NCBI GenBank assembly: GCA_027492205.1
Contig: JAOZFN010000003.1
Coordinates: 1 to 49,552 of the forward strand
From: Thermoproteota archaeon
GTDB taxonomy: Archaea; Korarchaeota; Korarchaeia; Korarchaeales; Korarchaeaceae
Length of the DNA stretch: 49,552 bases
Direction: 5' to 3'
The position numbers and the translations under genes were made by a program. The notes beneath the pieces are model-generated. The model had not been told where the DNA came from and did not search any database. It was given only the letters and a program-made list of their open reading frames with translations. Shown one piece after another: positions 45,413 to 49,552 of this stretch (position 1 is the first letter of the stretch; each line of letters opens with the position of its first letter).

Positions 45413-47635
45413 TTGTCCGCACCCCTCGAAAACCCCTTCATAGACCCAGACGCCGTCGAGTACAGGAGGTACCAGGTCGAACTCGCCAAGAGGGCACTGA
45501 AGGGGAACACTCTGATATCGCTTCAGACGGGTCTCGGCAAGACGGTAATAGCCGCGCTGGTGGCGGCCGAGAGGCTGCGACAGAGACCCGAGGGGAGCGT
45601 ACTGGTGCTGGCGCCGACCAAGCCGCTGGCCTCTCAGCACCTATCCACCTTTCGAAGGATCATGAGGTTGGAGGAGGGGGCCTTCCGCCTCGTAACCGGT
45701 GAAGTCCCGCCGATCAGGCGCGAGGCGATCTGGCACTCAAGGGCCAAGCTATTCTTTGCCACCCCTCACACCGTCTGGAACGATGTCGTCTCAGGGTCAC
45801 TGGACCTGAGGGGCTTTTCGCTGTTGGTGTTCGACGAGGCCCACAGGGCCGTCGGAGCCTACCCCTACGTGAGGATCGCCCAGGCGTACCTAACCTCGAC
45901 GCGCGACGGCCTGATCTTGGCCCTCACGGCCACCCCTGGCTCACCCGAGGGTCGCCTCAGGGAGGTCACCAAGTCTCTGGGCATCAGGGAAGTGGTTATC
46001 AAGACCAGGGACAGCCCTGACATCCGCCCTTATGTCGCCCCCCTAAAGACAACGGTCGTCAAGGTGAGCCTTCCCTACAAGCTCAGGGCCGCCTTGGAGC
46101 TGCTGAGAGCGGATCTGACGCTAGTCGTCCGAGAACTCGCGGCGGAAGGCCTCCTCTCCGGAAGGCCGGATTACCGGATCCCCCTCCGAGAGCTTCTGAC
46201 GCTGAGATCACGCCTGTCCACAGAGGATAGCCCGGACTCTAGGGCAGCGCTCGCGAAGGTCGCTCTGGCGATAAAGTTGAGACACTTGATAGACGTCGTC
46301 TCGAGTCAGGGCCCGAGACAGGCCCTCGCCTACCTCGAGAGGCTTGCCTCCGCGCCTAGGAGGGGGAAGTCGGACAGGATGCTCTTGGACCTTCCCTCCG
46401 TCAAGAAGCTCCCAGAACTCCTCCGAGGGTCAACTCACCACCCGAAGCTCGACGTGCTGAAACGCCTCCTCAGGGAGCGGGCCTCTCGCGACCCGAGCTT
46501 CAAAGCAATCGTCTTCGTCAGCCTGAGGGACACGGCCAACCTGGTCCTTCAGGAACTCACGGGGGTGAAGGGCGTCAGACCAGCCAAGTTCTACGGACAG
46601 GCGTCACGGGCCGGAGGGAGGGGGATGAGTCAGGCCGATCAGCGCAGAGTCCTTGAGGAGTTCTCCGCCGGGATCTACAACGTTCTCGTGGCGACAAATG
46701 TGGCTGAAGAGGGTCTGGACATACCCGAGGTAGACCTCGTCGTCTTCTACGATCCAGTCCCCTCAGCGATAAGGCACGTGCAGAGAAAGGGCAGGACCGG
46801 CAGGGGGAGGCCCGGGGAGGTGGTGGTCCTGCTCACGGTGGGGGCTGAGGAGTGGGCGTTCTGGAGGGCGGCGAGGGGGGAGCGGCAGGTGATGGCCGCC
46901 AGACCCTCCACCGACTTGACGACCTTCACCGTCCCCTCAACCACCCTACAGGCCGAAAGACCGGCTGAGAGAGATGTCACGGTGGTTGTCGACACTAGGG
47001 AACTCCAGAGCGAGGTTGTGAGGGAGATGGCGCTGATGCCGGACGTGAAGGTCTCCGCGTCGAGGCTGGAGGTCGGGGACTTCGTGCTCAGCGACAGGGT
47101 CGCCGTGGAGAGGAAGACCGTGGAGGACCTCGCGGCCTCCCTTGTCGACGGGAGGATCTTTGAGCAGATTCACCGCCTGAGGGAGGTCTACGAGATCCCC
47201 ATACTGCTGATCGAGGGTAGAGACCCATACAGACCCTCCAGGCGCGGGGTGAGCCCGAAGTCCCTCATGGGTCTCGTGTCATCCCTGGCCCTTATGGGCG
47301 TTCCCGTCCTGTGGGCGAGAGACCACAAGGACACGGCCCAAATACTCAGGCTGATCGCCAGGAGAGAGCAGCTAGAGCGCAGGCGAAGGGTGGTCCTCAA
47401 GAGAGCACCCGCCAAGAGCCTAAGCGAGGACATGGAGAGGGTGCTCTCGTCCATACCCGGCGTCGGTCCCGAGACCGCGCGAAAGCTTCTGAAGAGGTTC
47501 GGTTCGCTGATAGCTGTGTTTAATGCGGACAGGGATCAGCTGATGGAAGTGAGGGGGGTAGGACGGAAGCTGGCGGACTTCATCTACGGTTTCGTGAGGA
47601 GGCCCTACGGCGGGGAAGAGGGTGAGCCGGATTGA
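45413..47635 (+). CDS. hef: Hef: FANCM-like SF2 helicase fused to an XPF/ERCC4 nuclease and HhH
   Basis: YRRYQ, TGLGKT, DEAHRA, EEGLDIP, QRKGRTGR; VDTRE, GDF, VERKT...DGR; SIPGVG HhH. Confidence 0.94.
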   Translation: MSAPLENPFIDPDAVEYRRYQVELAKRALKGNTLISLQTGLGKTVIAALVAAERLRQRPEGSVLVLAPTKPLASQHLSTFRRIMRLEEGAFRLVTGEVPPIRREAIWHSRAKLFFATPHTVWNDVVSGSLDLRGFSLLVFDEAHRAVGAYPYVRIAQAYLTSTRDGLILALTATPGSPEGRLREVTKSLGIREVVIKTRDSPDIRPYVAPLKTTVVKVSLPYKLRAALELLRADLTLVVRELAAEGLLSGRPDYRIPLRELLTLRSRLSTEDSPDSRAALAKVALAIKLRHLIDVVSSQGPRQALAYLERLASAPRRGKSDRMLLDLPSVKKLPELLRGSTHHPKLDVLKRLLRERASRDPSFKAIVFVSLRDTANLVLQELTGVKGVRPAKFYGQASRAGGRGMSQADQRRVLEEFSAGIYNVLVATNVAEEGLDIPEVDLVVFYDPVPSAIRHVQRKGRTGRGRPGEVVVLLTVGAEEWAFWRAARGERQVMAARPSTDLTTFTVPSTTLQAERPAERDVTVVVDTRELQSEVVREMALMPDVKVSASRLEVGDFVLSDRVAVERKTVEDLAASLVDGRIFEQIHRLREVYEIPILLIEGRDPYRPSRRGVSPKSLMGLVSSLALMGVPVLWARDHKDTAQILRLIARREQLERRRRVVLKRAPAKSLSEDMERVLSSIPGVGPETARKLLKRFGSLIAVFNADRDQLMEVRGVGRKLADFIYGFVRRPYGGEEGEPD

Positions 47636-48156
47636 GATACGTCTTCAAGCTGGTACGAGACCGGACAGGGCCCGTCAAGCTCTTATCCTACGTACTCGTC
47701 GCGCTCTCTAGGCTGAACGGGTTCACCGACAGGATGCTGGTGAGGCCGGGACATGCTCCGCCGGTTAGGGCGACCCGGGAGTTCGTCGTCGCAAGGTTGG
47801 CAGCGGACAGGGAGTTTCTGTTCGACTCGGGTGCCGCGCTGAGCGCCATATACGCCGCGAGACAGTCCGAAGAGCCAACAATAGAGTTCAGGTTCAGGGT
47901 GACTATCAAGTACTACTACAGGACCGACAGGGGGAGGATCATTACCCTCAGGTACGATAGGTACGACCTCACGGTTAGAACGGTAGAGGATGGAGTCTTA
48001 CTGGAACTTTCAATGCTTGGAGGGCTGTCTAGGACAGATCCCACGTCTCTGGTGGACATGATAGTCGAGGAGGCGCGATCCGCATCGGGTTCCACCGTCC
48101 CAATTAACGTCTCCGTTGTCCCCCCTGGCGATACTCTCGGAGGATCCGCTCGATAA
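47632..48156 (+). CDS. Hypothetical protein
   Basis: 174-aa ORF overlapping the hef stop by 4 nt; no family recognised. Confidence 0.6.
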   Translation: MRYVFKLVRDRTGPVKLLSYVLVALSRLNGFTDRMLVRPGHAPPVRATREFVVARLAADREFLFDSGAALSAIYAARQSEEPTIEFRFRVTIKYYYRTDRGRIITLRYDRYDLTVRTVEDGVLLELSMLGGLSRTDPTSLVDMIVEEARSASGSTVPINVSVVPPGDTLGGSAR

Positions 48157-48487
48157 CCTCGACCGTCTCGACGATCTCCCTGACCCTCGAGATTTCTTGG
48201 TGATCCACCTCTCCAAGCTCGATAGAGCTCACGCTCCTATCTAGCAGGCCTATTAGCGCGTCCCTCAAGGCCATAAGGGAGTACATGGCCCTCGCCTCGG
48301 CCGCCTCCTCTTCAGACGACACTAGTACGTACTTCGTCCCACAAACCGCGCACACGACCTCGTCTCCCGCTTGGAAGAGGGGGGACCCACATCGAGGGCA
48401 AGTCTCCGAGAGCATCCTCCACCCTCGCTTTAGGGCCTCTGCCAGCTTGGCGGACTTATCCTCGGTCTCGTCCCTCTCCATCTCCAA
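48104..48487 (-). CDS. UPF0148 / Sjogren autoantigen p27-like zinc-ribbon protein
   Basis: LKRGWRMLSETCPRCGSPLF...CAVCG; divergent from a UPF0147 gene. Confidence 0.85.
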   Translation of the reverse strand: MEMERDETEDKSAKLAEALKRGWRMLSETCPRCGSPLFQAGDEVVCAVCGTKYVLVSSEEEAAEARAMYSLMALRDALIGLLDRSVSSIELGEVDHQEISRVREIVETVEVIERILREYRQGGQRRR

Positions 48488-48570
48488 AGCGGGGGCCGCG
48501 GGGGGACTTTAAATAGGGATTAGTCAAACAATTTGAATTGAGCCCTAGTCGGTTTTGGGAGGTGGTTGCA

Positions 48571-48855
48571 ATGCCTAGGAGGTCTTCGGCCAAGAAGGCC
48601 GAGTACGAGAAGTTCATCTCGGATGCCATCCAGATGTTAGATCGGATCTCCCAGGATCGGGGGGTGCCGCGTAACATAAGGAAGGCCACCACCGACGTGA
48701 TCGACGCGCTGAGGGACGAGTCCCTCTCCTACGGAGTCAGGGCCAGCAAGGCCATATCGCTCCTAAACGAGATCATAAGCGACATAAACATGCCCCCGCA
48801 GACCAGGTCCCAGATCCTCCTGGTTGTGGGCCTTCTGGAGCGGATCAAGGACTGA
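48571..48855 (+). CDS. UPF0147 family protein
   Basis: DRGVPRNIRKA, RASKAISLL, DINMP..TR; GGAGGTG RBS before ATG 48571. Confidence 0.88.
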   Translation: MPRRSSAKKAEYEKFISDAIQMLDRISQDRGVPRNIRKATTDVIDALRDESLSYGVRASKAISLLNEIISDINMPPQTRSQILLVVGLLERIKD

Positions 48856-48898
48856 GGCCGCCAAGCATATATTCGGCTCCCCCCATCCTTTGAGGGGC

Positions 48899-48991
48899 GC
48901 CGGGGTAGCTCAGACTGGGAGAGCGCCCGGCTGAAGGCCGGGAAAGTTAGACACCGGGCGGTCGTGGGTTCAAGTCCCACCCCCGGCACCA
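48899..48991 (+). tRNA. tRNA-Phe(GAA) with a 16-nt intron at 37/38 (48937-48952), CCA encoded
   Basis: Anticodon GAA at 48933-48935; helix CTGA/TTAG plus ACA bulge; GGTTCAAGTCC. Confidence 0.92.
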
Positions 48992-49114
48992 TCTATTCAG
49001 CTGTTGACCCGCGTGTTCGGAGTTCCCACCCCGCGAGTCAGAGTCGTAGTATCTTGCTAGGGCTTCCCGGGGGTCACCTTGCTCTCGAGGGAGGAAGAAG
49101 GTGGCGCTCAGGTC

Positions 49115-49203
49115 TGGTGCGGGGGGTGGGATTTGAACCCACGCGGGCCTACGCCCACCCGGTCCTGAACCGGGCGCCTTGGACCAGGCTTGGCTACCCC
49201 CGC
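49115..49203 (-). tRNA. tRNA-Leu(CAG), CCA encoded
   Basis: Reverse complement GCGGGGGTAGCCAAGCCTGGTCCAAGGCGCCCGGTT-CAG-GACCGGG, long variable arm, A73. Confidence 0.95.
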
Positions 49204-49255
49204 CCGAGCCTACTCCCCTATTCTGCCCGTATTAAAACGTTAGGAGGTGATCGGG

Positions 49256-49333
49256 TGGTGCTCCGGCCGGGATTTGAACCCGGGTCTGGGGCTCGAAAGG
49301 CCCCTATGCTTGGCCTGGCTACACCACCGGAGC
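49256..49333 (-). tRNA. tRNA-Glu(TTC), CCA encoded
   Basis: Reverse complement GCTCCGGTGGTGTAGCCAGGCCAAGCATAGGGGCCT-TTC-GAGCCCC...GGTTCAAATCC. Confidence 0.95.
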
Positions 49334-49379
49334 ACCGGGTGGCGGCTAATGGTCGGGGGAAATAAAGGTTGGCTCAGGG

Positions 49380-49552
49380 TCAGATGGGCACCCCGAGCCT
49401 GTTCTCGAGCTTCTCCCGAAGGTAGCTCACGAACAGCTCCTTGAGTTCCTTCGCAGACGGGCTCATCGCCTTGAAGATCTCTAGCTCAGCCTTCTTCTTG
49501 TTCTTCAGGAACCACTCGTTCTCTCTCTGCCAGAACGGGTGCTGCAGGTTCG
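49380..49552 (-). CDS. 3' end of a gene cut by the window edge, probably DNA topoisomerase VI subunit A
   Basis: Manual translation ...HPFWQRENEWFLKNKKKAELEIF...FVSYLREKLENRLGVPI*; W..E...KAE...YL.EK resembles the Top6A/Spo11 C-terminus. Confidence 0.55.
   Translation of the reverse strand, partial: NLQHPFWQRENEWFLKNKKKAELEIFKAMSPSAKELKELFVSYLREKLENRLGVPI

Noticed and set aside
49000-49110. Hairpin followed by ACA on the minus strand as an H/ACA guide RNA
   Set aside because: The interior is too short for a pocket plus K-turn; more likely terminator hairpins between convergent tRNA genes.

Overview
GC-rich archaeal chromosomal segment. PolD DP1, two FtsZ, full-length Hef, GGGP synthase/CarS, BHB tRNA introns and a type I-A CRISPR-Cas locus point to a thermophilic archaeon, possibly Korarchaeia-like (inference, no marker tree run). 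Most of it is housekeeping: ECF transporter, orc1/cdc6 with a candidate origin, three aminoacyl-tRNA synthetases, the ftsZ1-secE-spt5-L11-L1-L10 cluster, glycine cleavage P and H, cdrS-ftsZ2, two RecA-family paralogs, Hef and seven tRNAs (four with introns, one of them in the D-loop). An accessory block at ~17.3-29.1 kb holds a 32-spacer CRISPR array and a csa3-csa5-cas7-cas5-cas3'-cas3''-cas8a-cas6 cassette with no cas1/2/4. The most notable element absent from the ORF track is a decayed TnpB (IS200/IS605, Cas12 ancestor) C-terminus fused directly to the truncated terminal CRISPR repeat, followed by a candidate omegaRNA region. Also absent from the track are two box C/D-type sRNAs (one with guides matching both strands of 16S helix 34), secE, and the C-terminus of a probable Topo VI subunit A. 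All analysis is by eye; no database searches were run.
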